From Okamejei kenojei (taxonomy: Eukaryota): a stretch of 64,000 bases of DNA. The notes beneath the pieces were generated by a model, which had not been told where the DNA came from, ran no database searches, and saw only the letters and a program-made list of their open reading frames with translations. Positions 26,245 through 40,500 of this stretch are shown piece after piece (within the stretch, counting starts at the first letter, position 1; the number at the start of each line of letters is the position of its first letter). Both the position numbers and the translations under genes were made by a program. The stretch lies in assembly GCA_035221665.1 (NCBI GenBank), contig CM069149.1:19282001-19346000 (forward strand). Direction: 5' to 3'.

Positions 26245-26545
26245 GTTAGTCTAGTTTCGAGATACAGCACGGAAACAGGCCCTTTGGCCCACCGGGTCCA
26301 CACCGACCAACGATCGCCGCACACTAACGCTATCCTACACACACTAAGGACAATTTACACATACACCAAGCCAATTAACCTATAAACCTGTACATCTTTG
26401 GAGTGTGAGAAGAAACCGAAGATCTCGGAGAAAACATATACGCGGTCATGGGGAGAACTTACAAAAGCCGTACAGACAGCACCCATAGTCGGGATCGAAC
26501 CCGGGTCTCCAGCGCTGCAAGCAACTCTACCGTTGCGCCACAATG
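26245..26545 (-). mobile_element. HE1/V-SINE-like tRNA-derived SINE (representative copy)
   Basis: tRNA-like head with B box (GGTTCGATCC), central domain and CR1-like tail. Similar copies lie at about 13855-14020(-), 30637-30920(-), 34000-34312(-), 34688-34980(+), 36190-36500(-), 37522-37820(+), 38730-39025(+), 40576-40865(+), 43910-44160(+), 45817-46107(+) and 52537-52825(-). Confidence 0.8.
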
Positions 26546-29204
26546 CAGCCCCTTGGTGTAAAACACCACTCTGGAATGCAGAGACAACTTAATATGAGAT
26601 GGGGAAGGTGTAGATGAAGAGGTGGGGGTGGGAGGGAGGGGGGATAGTTGAGTGGTTGGAGGGCAGGAATAGTGGGAGGGTGAACATGATAAGATCATCA
26701 GATGTTATTGATATCTAAATAATGTGTTCTTGTGTCTTTATAAGATAAGATCATCAGAGACTAAAATAATGTTGGTCTCTGCTGAACCAGGGTCTCAACC
26801 CAAAACATCACCTCCAGAGATTCTGCCTGACCTGCTGAGTTACTCCATCATTTTGCATTATCTTCAGCATCAACCAGCATCTGCTGTTCCTTCCCACACA
26901 AAATTAGTATATTTTCTCGGAAAGAGATCAGTCCTCTGTTACACAAGCTAAATCTGCCAAGCACTAAACAGTTTTTTAATTTGCTTCAATTACGTTTAAT
27001 AGAACTGAGTTTCAGGAGAGTACAACTTGCACTGTTCAATAAAATTGGATTAGATTAGTGCAGGATAAGTGCAAATGGGTGGTTGATGGTCAACAAGGGC
27101 TTGGTGTGCCGAAGGGTCTATTTCCTTACTGTTACTGTCTATGACTATGACCATGAACTTGCAAATACTAGCTTAACATGCACTTGGACCAAACAAGAGA
27201 GGACAAGTTTTGACGAAGTTCAATACTGTTGAAATACATTATAAAGAGGTCACCATGGAGTATTGCTGCATATTTATTGGAAAAAAAGCATGATCTGTTT
27301 GTTTCCTGGAGTGGGCTTTGAGGAGTTTGGCATTTATGACTTATTACACACTGGTTTGCATCATAGTTTAATTTATAATTTGACAGCCATTCATAAATAT
27401 TTGAAAACAATGCCTCGGAGCTTCAAACCTTTTTATTCAAATACATTTCAACTTATTCAAAATATCCAATCCAAGCAATTTGCACTTAAGTGGCAATTGT
27501 GACAACTTTTAATTGAAAAGCAAAATGTTTAAATAATTGTGTTTAATACCATTTGATATAAAAACAGAAGAAGAAACATTAATGACTTGTAAATGATAGG
27601 CATGGCTGAGTGCCAACATTATTCCCCCTGAGACTGAAAATTCAAGTCCCACTCCAGAATCAGAAAACAACATTTAAATTGGCTGTTTGGTGCCTTTCTA
27701 ACAGTGCTGCATTGTTGGAGGAGCCCAGTTTTGGGTGATATTTGCAATCAAGCTCACACCTCCCTTATCTGGATTCAGAATTACCTTTTGTGAACTCTCA
27801 CAGTTGATCAGCAAGCTGTTGTCAGCTAACCAGTGTATAGAGAGACCTTGAGGTGCAAGTCCATAGCTCCTTGAAAATGGCAAGACGACTGGTTAAGATG
27901 GTGAAAATAAATCGGTATTCTTCTCTTTGTTAGGATGAAGCATTGAGTGTAAGAATTGTGATGTCATGTTGCTGATGTGCAAAACATTGGTTAGAACACA
28001 CTTGGAGTATTGTGTATGATTCTGGTTGCTCACCAAAGGACGGATGTGATGGTAATGAGAGTGTAGAAGAGGTTCATTGCTTGGAATGGAGGGCTAAGGA
28101 GAGATTGTATAAACTGTGTATATTCTCACTGGGAAATAGGAGGCCATGGGGTGATCTTGTAGGGGTTTCTTTAAAAAAAACTTGGATCCTGGATGCTTGG
28201 GTGCTGTCTATGTGGAGGTTGAACGTTCGCCTTGTGTGCACGTGGGGTTTTTGGCATGATCAATGGTCGGCATGGACTCAGCGGGCCAAAGGGCCTGTTC
28301 CAATGCTGTATTTTTCAATCAATTTGACTTAAAAATAATTAAACGCTCAACGCTCTACACCTTGGACAGAAGGTAAGATTCTGCCCCAAACTTTGCCTTC
28401 TATGAATGCCTGCCAATGTCATTCTGGAATGGGCACATACCCATAATGAGTGGAAAAGTCCTTGTTCAGAGCATAGTCAGGTTCCAGAAAGCAGAGCTCC
28501 TCTGTATTGGAAGCGAGCAATACCAGGCATACATTTACTGCAGAGAGCCCCATTCAATCAAGCATTGTCCATTATTTTTATTCTCCAGAAATTCAGTGGT
28601 GCTATCACAAGCAATATCATTGCATAGACTAGGTGACTATAAATAGCTAGTAATTGCATATCTATCATTATTTAATATGTTCATTTTTATTTCAACCTTA
28701 GAGCGTGCAAAACATTTTAACTTGAACACGAATATGTCACAATAGTCACCTGGAATTCACATATTATTTGAAAAAAAAATCCTCTATCCATTTAATATTC
28801 AGCTCGGCAGAGCGTTAAAGAACCTTACTTGTGATACAACATCAATGTCCCATTTTTAGCATGACAATGTTTTCAGTCATTAAGATTAAATCCAATCATC
28901 TGGAATGATTGCCTGTTAACATGATCTGCATTGTAAATTGTAATTTAAAAGTGAGATAATAGAAAAAGCTGTTCCACAGCTCAAGGTTGAAATGGAATTT
29001 AAGTTGGCAGATATAACGCTACAATTTTATGTACTTCTCCTAGTTTATGTTTTTTCTTTGAGATTGCCCTTGATTTTAATGATATTTTACCAATTGTTCA
29101 TTTCATTCTGAAGGATTCATCTTCATTCCTAGACGTTCTGACGATTTTGATCTGTATATTTAAGCAAAAAAAAACAAGCAATTAATGATCAGAATCTGAA
29201 ATAT

Positions 29205-29830
29205 GGTATTCCCCTTTAACTTTTCATCATCACAAGGTGATATCGCACTTAGATAAATTTTCACTATCCACTATACCACCAATTTTAGTATCATCCACAG
29301 ACTTGTTAACCCCATGACCAACATACACATCAAAGTTGTTAATATAAATAATGAACAATGGTAGGCCCAGCATCGATCTCTCTAGTACACCACTCATTAC
29401 AAGCCTTCAGACTGAGATACAAACCTCTACCACCTCTCCCACTACCACCAACCTCTCCTACTTTCAAGCCAATTTTGTATCCAATTGGCTAAATAGCCGT
29501 GAATCCGATGTGATCCAATCTTTAAGACCATGGTGTGCCTTGCTCAAGTCCATGTAGACAATGTCTGCTGCATAGCCATCATCAATCTTTTTGATCATCT
29601 CCTCAAAAAACTCAATCAAGTTGGTGAGACATTTTCTCATGCACCTTGCCATGCTGGCTATCCATGATTAGTCCTTCCTTGCCTTTCCAAATACATGTAG
29701 GTCCTATCTCTCAGATTTCCCTCCAATAACTAACCCACCATGAAACCCAGGCTTTTCCTTGCAGCCTTTTTAAAATAGAAGTACAACCCTGACCACCGTC
29801 CAGACTTCAGACACCTCAGCCAAAGTTATC
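29205..29830 (-). mobile_element. Old CR1 RT fragment
   Basis: CLTNLIEFFEE...ADIVYMDLSKA and a degenerate (F/Y)xDDTKI region. Confidence 0.75.
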
Positions 29831-32784
29831 GATGAGATGAAGATACCATTAAGCCAAATGCAAACCCAGTTCAGTTTAGTTTAGTTTAGAGATACATCAT
29901 GGAAACAAGCCCTTCGGTCTACTTTGGGTATTTTAAAAACAGAGATTGATAGGTCCTTGATTAGTAAGGGCGTCAAAGGGTAGGGGGGGAAAGCGGGAGA
30001 ATGGGGTGTGAGAGAAAAAAAGATCATCCAATGGTCGAAAGGCGGCGCAGACTCGATGGGCCGAATGGCTTAATTGTGCTCCTATGTTTTGTGGTCTTAT
30101 TATGGTATTTGACACAACTGAGGAAACTCGGAATCAACAACAGCAACCACTTTGGATCTTCTACACCTGATGAGCATATTGTAGATGTCACTGCCATAGC
30201 TTCGCCATTTAATGGGAAAGAGTGTCGATAGCTTTGGCAGTCATCCTATTGTAAATTAAAATTAAATATAATTATATTACAGCATGAACAATGCTTTGAT
30301 TTCTTTCATTGCCAGCCAAAGCACTTTATTAAGACCTAAACTTGTAAAAGATGTTTTACAAACAATATCTGTATTTTTTACTGTTTGGTTGTATTTGGTG
30401 GCTGTTGTCAGGTCAAGATGGCATGCTGATTTCCTTCATTTTAATGTTTAGATATCCCTATTTCTGCTCGTTATTTATTAATAAATGGGTTGAGAATCAA
30501 ATGTTCAAAGAGCTACATCTCACAGTTGTAATTTAAATATTATTCTTTTTTGCAAGTCTTCAATTATTTTTCTTGGAGTTGAAGTTGACAACATTGAATA
30601 ATGTTTTACTGCATCATGTTTCAACCTAGAAGGATGTTTAGTTTTAGTTTAGTTTAGAGATACAGCATGGAAACAGGCCCTTCGGCCCACCAAATTCATG
30701 CTGACCATTCATCACCATTAACACTAGCTCTGTGTTATCTCATTTTATCATCTATTCCTTACACACTAGGGGCAAATTTTACAGAGAACAATTAACTTAC
30801 AAACCTGCACGTCTTTGGCACCTGGTAGAAAATCACATGGTCACAGAGCGAATGCATAAACTCCAAACAGACAGCACCCGATGCCAGAATATCTGGTGCT
30901 GTGAGGCGACTGTGCCACTGACATGAGAAGGCAAGATCTATTTCAACGGACATTCCTTTAAATTCATTTTTCAGAGTTGAGGGAGGGATGCTTAAAGGAG
31001 AAGTGCTGGGCAAGTTTTTTTTTTACACAGGGTGGTGTGTGTCTGAAACACAATGCCAATGGTAGTGATGGAAGCAGATATGATGATGGTGTTAAAGAGG
31101 CTTTGGATAAGTACATGGATCTGCAGGGATAATGGATCACATGCAGGCAAGGAATAGATTAACATGGCATCATGTTCAGCATTGACATTGTGGGACAAAA
31201 GGCCTGTTCCTCTGCTGCTCATCCCCCAAAGATCAGAGACCAGGTGACGATGACGTGATAGGTGAGGAGCAATGCCGTTAGGAAAGTGAACCGAGGTCTG
31301 GCCTACACCGCCCTCAAGGTTGTCTGTTGAAGGTGCCCATGGGGCACAAAGGTGGGCAGACGAGGAAAGGTACGTCGCTTCCGAGGTAGGCGATGGCTGA
31401 AGGACTACAGCAGCCTAGGGCTTGCCTGGAACGGGCACTGCTCATACAAATTAGAGCATGGACTGGACTTTGAAAATGGTGCCAAAACAAATAGTGCCTT
31501 TTGCATGTGGGCTCAGTAGACTATTTCTGTACACATTGCTAATCGGGAGAGTGTCTCGACCTGAAACATCGCCCATTCCTTCCCTCCAGAGATGCTGCCT
31601 GTCCTGCTGAGTTACTCTAGCATTTTGTGTCTACCTTCCTAATCGGGGATATGCTTAGGTCTGGCAATACTTTAAAGAACTGTATGTAACAAACATATTT
31701 CACTGTGTGCTTGCACTTGTGACAATAAAACCACAATTGAATAAAGTTCTATGTCAACATTTAGTATACATTTCTAATTATCTTTGAAAAATTGGGCATG
31801 AGTCATCTCATCACACGAAAACACTGCAGTCCATTTGATCAGTGGGATTTTGCTACCACAGAAAGGTTGGCTGGGCTATTAAAGAGAGCATTTAAGAACC
31901 ATCCTGATATTGCCACGGATTGCTCAGGTGGTTCAGAATTCCAGTGAGACAGAGGAAGAGATTTGACAATGGTCTTTCTTTGGTAATGATTAAGCACACA
32001 GGGATAAATAGCACAAATAACACATGATGTAAGTCTGCAAATTCCCCCTCCCCAAATCCCTCTTTCCCTTCATATACCCAAGAACCAACTTGGCCAAGCT
32101 ATGGAGAAAGATCAAGATGGTGAAGATGCAGTCTAATTAGAGTCATAGAAGGTCAAATGCATATCTCGTGGAGCTGCAGCCTCACAGCCCCAGAGATCTG
32201 CATTCAATCCTGAGCTCAGGTGTTGTCTGTGTGGAGTTTGCATGTTCTCCTTCTGTTTCAAAATGATCAGAGTGATCAATGTTGTGCTATTGCTCGTTAT
32301 AGACTGAGGTGGTAACAGTTCAATATTTCAAAGTTTGATGATTGCTTATTGCAGCCATAAGTCATCACCATAAACCTCCATTGCAAAGATTACATGCAAT
32401 CATATAAAGCCACTTATTTTTAAATGATTTGTTTTCATGATGTTTTTTTTGCTGTTGTAACGTGTCACGGTAGTGGGAAGGTGTCACGGTAGTTAATGGC
32501 TAGTGGAAAGCTGAGTAGCAAAAACGACCAAAGCATAGGTAAAGAGTCACTGTTAATGAGAAGTTGTCAAGAGTCTCAAAGAGTGGTTTGCTTTGGCTGC
32601 TGCCTAACGTGCCATAACTTCAGTCATTTGCAGTGCAAGCTGGTGACACATTTGCTGCATGGACGATGCATTTGGAATGATGAGGCATTTTAGAACATTC
32701 ATTCACTAGCATCCCTTCATCACTAATTGCCCCCCAAAATAAGTTGCACATTATGTCATTGATGTAGGGAATTCAGAGTTTATA

Positions 32785-33465
32785 GTTCAGTTCAGTTCAG
32801 TTTAGTTCAGTTTAGTTTAGATTTGTTTAGTACAGTTTAGTTTCATTAATAGTCACCTGTACCGAGGTACAGTGAAAAACATTGTTGTTGCGTGCTATCC
32901 AGTCAGCGGAAAGGCCATAGATGATTACAATCGAGCTGTCCATAATGAAAAGAGTACAGGATAAAGGGTATAACGTTTAGTGCAAGATAAACTCCAGTAG
33001 AAGTCCAATTAAGGATAGTCTGAGGGTCTCCAATGAGATAGATGGTTACTCAGGACCGTTCTCTAGTTGTTAATTATTATGGTTCACTTCCTTGATAACA
33101 GCTGGGAATAAACTGTCCCTGAATCTGGAGTTTTGAATTTTCACAATTCTGTATCTCTGGCCTGAGAGGGGAAATGAAGGAGTGACCGGGTGTGACTCGT
33201 CCTTGATTATGTTGGTGACCTTGCCATGGCAGCGTGATGTGTAGATGGAGTCAATGGAAGGGAGGTTGGTCTGTATAATGGTCTGGGCCACATCTACATC
33301 TCTGTGCAATTTCCTGTGCTCTTGGATGGAGTGGTTTCCAAACCAGGCAGTGATGCGTCCCGATAAAATGCTTTCCACACTGCACCTTTAGAAATTGTTG
33401 AGGTTTGTTGGAGACAAACCAAACTTCCATAGCCTCCTAAGGAAGTAGATGAGGTGGTGTGTTAA
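32785..33465 (-). mobile_element. Rex1/Babar-like 3' fragment with (AACT/AAACT)n tail
   Basis: ESILSGRITAWFGN...RFRDSLFPA. The tail microsatellite lies at 32785-32842. Confidence 0.75.
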
Positions 33466-34379
33466 TATTCTAGAGGCCCGAACTAAGGACATATTGAGGG
33501 AACATCATGTTTAGTTGGCAGGGAGGTTGGTTTGTGTGATGGTCTGTGCAGCATCCGCAATTCTCTGGTGAAAACATTGCATTGCATCTGGGGTGACAGA
33601 TATGACGGACTGAGGATGATTGACAAATTTCCTTCCCTGCAGGACATTCGTGAACTAGATTCATTTTTTTCAGCTATCTGGTAGTTTCACAGTCATTATT
33701 ACAAAGACTAGCTTCATACTGCTGATTTATTTAATTACTTGGATTTAAATTCTCCCATGAGCTCTGGTGGTATTCGGTTTAAATCTCTGGATCAATAGAC
33801 CAAGCCTCCTAATCATATTGCTGCAAATTAACCACTATGCTACTGTATGGCTTTGGAGGAATTAAAGAAAAGCCTTGCATTTTTATAGCAAGGTCTTCCT
33901 TAAGTCCTTTGCAACCTATGAGGTTCTTTCTAAAGAGGTCACCATTGAAAGTCAGAAAGCTGAGAAGTTAATTTTTGCACGTAAGCTCCCACAGACAGTA
34001 GTTTAGTTTAGTTTAGAGATACAGAATGGAAACAGGCCCTTCGGCCCACCGAGTCTGCCCCAACCAGCGATGCCTGCACATTAACATTATCCGACACACA
34101 CAAGGGACGATTTACACTTATACTAAGCCAATTAACCCACAAACCTCCCCTTTGGAGTATGGGAGCAAACCGATGATCTCGGTGAAAACCCACGCAGGTC
34201 AAGGAGAGAAGGTACAAACTCCATACAGAAACCCTCCAAGTCATGATTGAACCTGGGCCTCCAGCGCTACAGGCGTTGTAAGGCAGCAACTCTACTGCCG
34301 CGCCACTGTGCAGCCCAGAAGGTGATAATGATCAGATAACCTATTTCGGTGAATCTAATTGATGGAATCGTATTGGCTT

Positions 34380-34585
34380 GGATACTGGGGTTAATTTGCC
34401 TGCCCTAATAAAATAGCCCTTTGTGTCCACTTCAGGGAGGTTTTTTTTGTTTAAGATTACAAACAAATGACAGCGTGGCCCTCCCTTTGTATTGCCCTGG
34501 GGAAACAACGTGGATTTTGTGCTCAAATCTTTGGAATGTGACTTGAACCCCCAACCTTTTTACACCTAACCATTAGACTCAGCTG
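34380..34585 (-). mobile_element. Putative ancient Deu-SINE-like relic (similar relics at about 41800-42000 - and 27630-27780 +)
   Basis: ggattttgtgctcaa...ggaatgtgacttgaaccc (B-box on the minus strand) plus a Deu-domain-like body. Recognised by eye only. Confidence 0.45.
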
Positions 34586-37500
34586 ATATGATTAGTGGCA
34601 TGTTCCATTCATTACACGCCTTTAATGTAGCAGAAGTATTTCAAGACACAGAACAAAGAAGATACTGTAGAACATCCAGTTTGGGTTGGCACGGTGGTGC
34701 AGCGATAGAGTTGCTGCCTTTCCGCACCAGAGACCCGGGTTTGATCCTGACTATGGGCGCTGTCTGTATGGAGTTTGTACGCTCTTCCTGTGACCACGTG
34801 GGTTTTCTCCACGTGCTCCGGTTTCCTCCCACACTCCAAAGATGTACAGGTTTGTAGGTTAACTGGCTTAGGTAAAATTTTAAGTTGTCCTTAATGTATA
34901 GGATAGTGTGAGTGTATGGGGTGATGTTGGCTGGCTCAGACTCGGTGGGCCGAATGGCCTGTATCCATGCTCTACCTCCAAAGTGTAAAGTATAGCACAG
35001 GAATGGACCCTTCACCCCACAATGTTTGCGCCAAACATGATGCAAGATAAACTATCTCCTCCACCTGTACATGCTCAATATCCCTCCATTCCCTGTACTT
35101 TCATATACCTATCCAAAAGCCTCTTAAACACCATCATCATATCAGCCTCCACCACCATCCCTGGCAATGCAATCCAGGCCCCCACCAGTCTGTGTAAAAA
35201 ACCTGCCTTGCACACATCCATTAAACAGCATCTTTGGGAAACATGGATAGGGGAGCTTTTGGGTTGAGACCCTTCTTCATACTGAAGAAGACAAAAACTG
35301 TTCTCTAGAGATGCTGCCTGACCTGCTGAGTTACTCCAGCACTTTGTATCCTTTTGTTTATTGACCAGCATCTGCTTGACCAGTGGCGGGGCTTGATGAG
35401 TGGTGCTTCCTGTTTTACGCAAATGTAGAACCTTATAGTTCTTTGTCCGTTGGCTTTGCTACATTAGCCCAGTGTTGGGTTCTCAGCCAGTAACAGGACA
35501 AGATGAGGATATACGACTCACTGCGTGCTAGAACCTTTAGATACCATACAGCTAGATGTGGTCTACGGCCTAAACTGCAGACACCCCACCTCAACTACCT
35601 CCTTGGGCAGATCCTTCCACATACCCACCACTCTACTTTCACAGTAGCACTAGTGGTGGGTCTCTGGAAGGAACTGTAGTTGGGGCAGGTACAATAACAA
35701 CATTTAAAAGACATTTAGGCAGGTATGTGGACTGGAAAGGTTTAGAGGGATATGGGCCAAACACAGGAAGATGAGACTAGTGTAGATGAGACATCTTGGC
35801 CGGCATGGACAAGTTGTGTAGGAGGGCTGTTTCCGTGACTCTATTTTCATTCCAGATGAAGGGACTTGACCTAAAACATCAACTATCCCTTTGTTTCCAT
35901 AAATGCTATGTGATCCCTTGAGCTTCTCCAGCTTCTCTCTTTTTCTCGTTACAGTTTCCAACATCTGCATTTTCTTGTGTATTCAGCAAACATTCAGGTG
36001 CTTGGTGAGCAGGCAGTGTGAACCAGAATGCAGGCAGCAGAGTTGAATGACTTCAATATAATGGAATTAAGAGGACACTGAATAAAGAATGCATGAGATA
36101 GTGCATTTCTGAAGATAACCAAGACATTGATGAGGGCTTCAGCACTATATGAGCTGTCAAGGCTGGATTTAGATGTCATTACTTTAGATTTTACTTTACT
36201 TTAGAGGTGCAGCATGGAAACAGACCCTTTGGCCCACTGAGTCCACGCCAACCAGCAATCACCCCTTAACACCTTTGCACTATCCTTTGCATTAGGGACA
36301 ATTTACAATTTACAGAAGCCAATTAGCCTGCAAACCTGTACGTCATTGGATGTGGGAGGAAACCGGAACACCCAATGTGATTCCACACGGTCACAGGGTG
36401 AACATACAAACTCCACACAGACAGCACCCGTAGTCAGGACTGAACCCGGGTCTCTGGCGCTGTAAGCCAGCAGCTCGACCGTTGCGCCACCGCGCTGTCC
36501 CTTACTGAGGTGTAAATAGGGCTTGTGGAGGTGACACAGATACCAGATCTGAAACTCAACTCAGGCTCAAATTTTGATGGCAAACAGTCTTGCGACGTTT
36601 GCCGGAGAAGTCTTAAGTTTCTGGGAAGGGAACAACATTCATGATGGGTGATGAAGATGATGATATCTGATCTTTCCAATATTTAATTAGTTGAATGGTC
36701 TGTTCATCCATTTCCAGGATTCAAGTGAGTAACAATTTGACGGCCACGACAGTGGACTTATGGAAAATGACAGAGTATAAAATGAAGTGCTGCCTTGTCT
36801 CATCAGTATGACTGTCAACTTGCGGTAGTACCTTAATTATTTATCATTGATCCTGCGATGTTGTCAATGTGCATCTTTTGTCATGTCATAATGAATGTGT
36901 TTTATTTGCAGACATGCCCGATTTTGGATGCTGATACAACCTCTGCAAAACCAGAATGTATTAATTTAAGGGGAAAACAAATGAACATGCAAGGGCAGCA
37001 CAATGGTACACTCACTGCCTTACAGCGACAAACACCCAGGTTCAATCCTGGCAACAGGTGCTGTCTCTGTAGGATAGTGCTAGCATATGGGGATTGCTGA
37101 GCGGGCAGACTCACTGGGCCGAAGGGCCTGTTTCCAGGCTGCATCTCGAAAGTCTAAAGACTTAAGGACAGAAAGATGTGCTAATGGTGGTCAGTGTGGC
37201 ACAGTGGGAAGCACATGATACACCTGGAGCCTTTTGGGAATAGAGGTTGATTTAATGAGTTAATACTGCAGAGGCCTGAACTAATGATCCCAGGGTATGA
37301 ATTCATATTGAGGGGACACTTACGTTTAGTTGGCTCCTGCAGGAGGGGGAAAGGGAGGATGCTTTGTAGGTCCTATGCATTGGGGAGCAAATCTTCCATC
37401 TGTGACTCAGGGAGAAGCAAATAAGTTGAAACATCTCTGTTAAATATCAGAGATATATCACGAACCTCAACCACATTGCTCGTGTTTGCTAAGATCATTG

Positions 37501-40500
37501 TGCCAATAATAAGCTGATGGGGTGGCACAGTGCTGCAGCGGTAGAGCTGCTGCCTTTCAGTGCCAGAGACCTAGGTTCGATCCTGTGTCTGTACGGAGTT
37601 TCCACATTTTCCCTGTGACTGCGTGGGTTTTCTCCGGGTGCTCCGGTTTCCTCCTACACTCCAAAGACATGCAGGTTTGCAGGATAATTGGTTGCTGAAA
37701 TGTTTTCCCTAGTTTGTAGGATGGAACTAATGCACGGGTGAGGTGATTGTTGGTCGGTGTGGACCCGGTAGACTGAAGGGCCTGTTTCCATGCTCTATCT
37801 CTAAACTAAACTAAACTAAATCTTATACACAAATTAATAAATTAATGTTCCCGATGTTGGGGGAGTTCAGAACCAGGGGCCACAGTTTAAGAATAAAGGG
37901 TAAGCTATTATAACGGAGATGAGGAAACACAGAGGGCGGTGGAGGCCAGTTCTCTGGATACTTTCAAGAGAGAGCTAGATGGGGCTCTTAAAGATAGCGG
38001 AGTCAGGAGATATGGGGAGAAGGCAGGAACGGGGTACTGATTGGGGATGATCAGCCACGATCACATTGAATGGCGGTGTTGGCTACTCCTGCACCTATTG
38101 CCTATTTCCTATGGTCTAAAGCAATATTGACACCGGCATTTTTTTCTCTCTCTATCCTGGAAACACGGACACAAGTAAGATTTCACAATTTACATTTCAT
38201 TCACAGGTACTCTGTCAGGTTACTATGACAGAAAATAAGCATGATTTCTCTTATTGCTATCTCTCCCAGTAAGTTGCAACGATCTCATGAAAATCTTCCA
38301 GCACTGGTTCTAGTCACTATGGCCTTATATGTTGTGGCCTGGTCCCAATCAGTGTAAACCAGCTTGAACTAATCCTTGCCACTAAACAAAACAGTCTACA
38401 CTATGTTAAATGGGCTCACATCAATTGTGCACTGTGACCCTACCATTTCCCCCCCCAAACAATCCAACCTAGCTATCTAAAGTAGTTTTGGTTTCCCTTA
38501 TAATGATCATATTTGTTCTTGCACTTATTGGTTTCATGACATTTAGAAAAAAAAAATCATTCCCAGCAAATTCATTTCGACATATAGCTATGTTGAATTT
38601 ATATTATTCCAAAATAAGTAATAAATAAATTGAAATGTTAATCCCATTGCACGAGATTATGTTTTTACAAAAATGCTTTAACTCTTCAGTGTATTTGTGG
38701 CCAATTGCCTTTTGTTTAAATTTTCGGGCAACATAGTGGTGCATCGGTAGCTTTGCTCCCTTACAGCACCAGAGACACAGGTTTGATCCTGATCCCAGGT
38801 GCTGGCTGTATGGAGTTTGTACGTTCTCCCTGTGGCCGCGTGAGCTTTCTGTGGGTGCTCCAGTTTCCTCCCTCATTCCAAAGATACACAGGTTAATTGC
38901 CTTCTGTAAATTGTAAACTGTCCCTAGTATGTAGAATAGTGCTGGTATATGAGACAATCGTTGCTCAGCATGCACTCGGTGGGCCGAAGGTGCCTGTTTC
39001 CACGCTGTATCTCTAAACTCTAAATAAGGTGCATTATGAGGGAAAAGTTGTCTAAGCTAGACTGGGTAAACAAGCTAAGAGACAGGTCAGTAAATGAACA
39101 TTGGTAGGAGTTTAGTTTAGTTTACTTTAGTTTAGTTTAGTGTCACATGTGAAAGCCTTTGAACACCTTTAGTGCTCAGCAGGAGTTTACCCCAATGAAA
39201 AAGAGGGATTACATGAGAAAGAGGCACTATCTGTGGTTAACAAAGGAGGTAAATGATAATGGTAACTTGTAAAGTAAGCATCCAAAGTGACAAGGACTAG
39301 TGGTGGACCAGAGGACAAGGACGTTTCCCAGAATCCTGCAGCAGAAGAATAAAAAGCTTATAAGAAGGAAGAAAATGAATGTTGTAGTATAAAAATGAAC
39401 AGTAGAAGAGTCCATGAATATATAAATAAGAGGGTGGTCAAGGTAAATGTGGGGCCTCTCGAAGATGTGCTTGTGAATTATTAACAACGAAAAAATTGGC
39501 AGAAACAAGGAACTGCAGATGCTGCCAATGCAAAAAAAGACACAAGGTGCTGGAGTAACTCAGCATATGATGAATCAATTAATTTTATCTGTCTTCACCG
39601 AGAAAGACATCCCTAATATTCATAAGATATCAGACAAAGGCACATCTAGAGCTGTTTCCACGCTGGATGTCTCTATGAATATTTGTAAATTGGTGTTCTT
39701 GATGCGCCTAGGGGTGAAAGGTTATCATTGGGCACATTTGAGGATACAATCAAAAACAACAATAATTTTACTAAGTAACAAAGCCGGCTTGAGTGGTCAG
39801 AATATCTACTTTTGTTCCTAATTTGTGCGTTCATACATGAAAACTTAAACGTGAATCAAATTAGGTAATTTTCTTATTAGTAATTGCACATTTCAAAAGG
39901 AATATTGCAAGCTTAGTCTCTGTGCTACTGATGCTACTGCAAGCAAGATTATCATGGAGGTATGGAATATTCATCACCATACCTGGGCATATGGCAGAAA
40001 ACTTGATAAATAATTGAAGAAAATAAATGACATTGCGAATAGAAGAATAAAGAAGTGGGACTAAATGAAGAGTCATAAAAATCGCTATAGGTGTGATGGA
40101 CAGTGCTCTCACATGTTGAATCATATGACCTTTAATTAATAGTTAGTTGATTTAAAATGCAATCTTTATGTGAAAAACTCATAAAATCCGACCTTTATAG
40201 ACTTTTGCATAACCTTATCGAAAGAACATTTACAATTATGCATCAATTCTGGCTAAGATTACATCCTGATCAGCTTTTTGAAGAACAACATTAATTATCA
40301 GCCTACCCATTTTTACTACTATGTTAATCAGCCCCAGGAACCACACTATTAAACTAGGTCATGTCTGAATTCTATCTCCACTTCAGTCCAATCTTACTCT
40401 ATGTTATTCCCTTATAGTAACCTGATAATCCCAGTGCTGAAAATTTTAATGTCCTTACTTTATTGGAGAATGGAGATGGAGAATACTACTATATGTGTAA

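Noticed and set aside
34688-34760. tRNA genes at SINE heads (also 37522, 40576, 45817 and others)
   Set aside because: A/B boxes are present but run into SINE body and CR1-like tail; no complete cloverleaf is evident.
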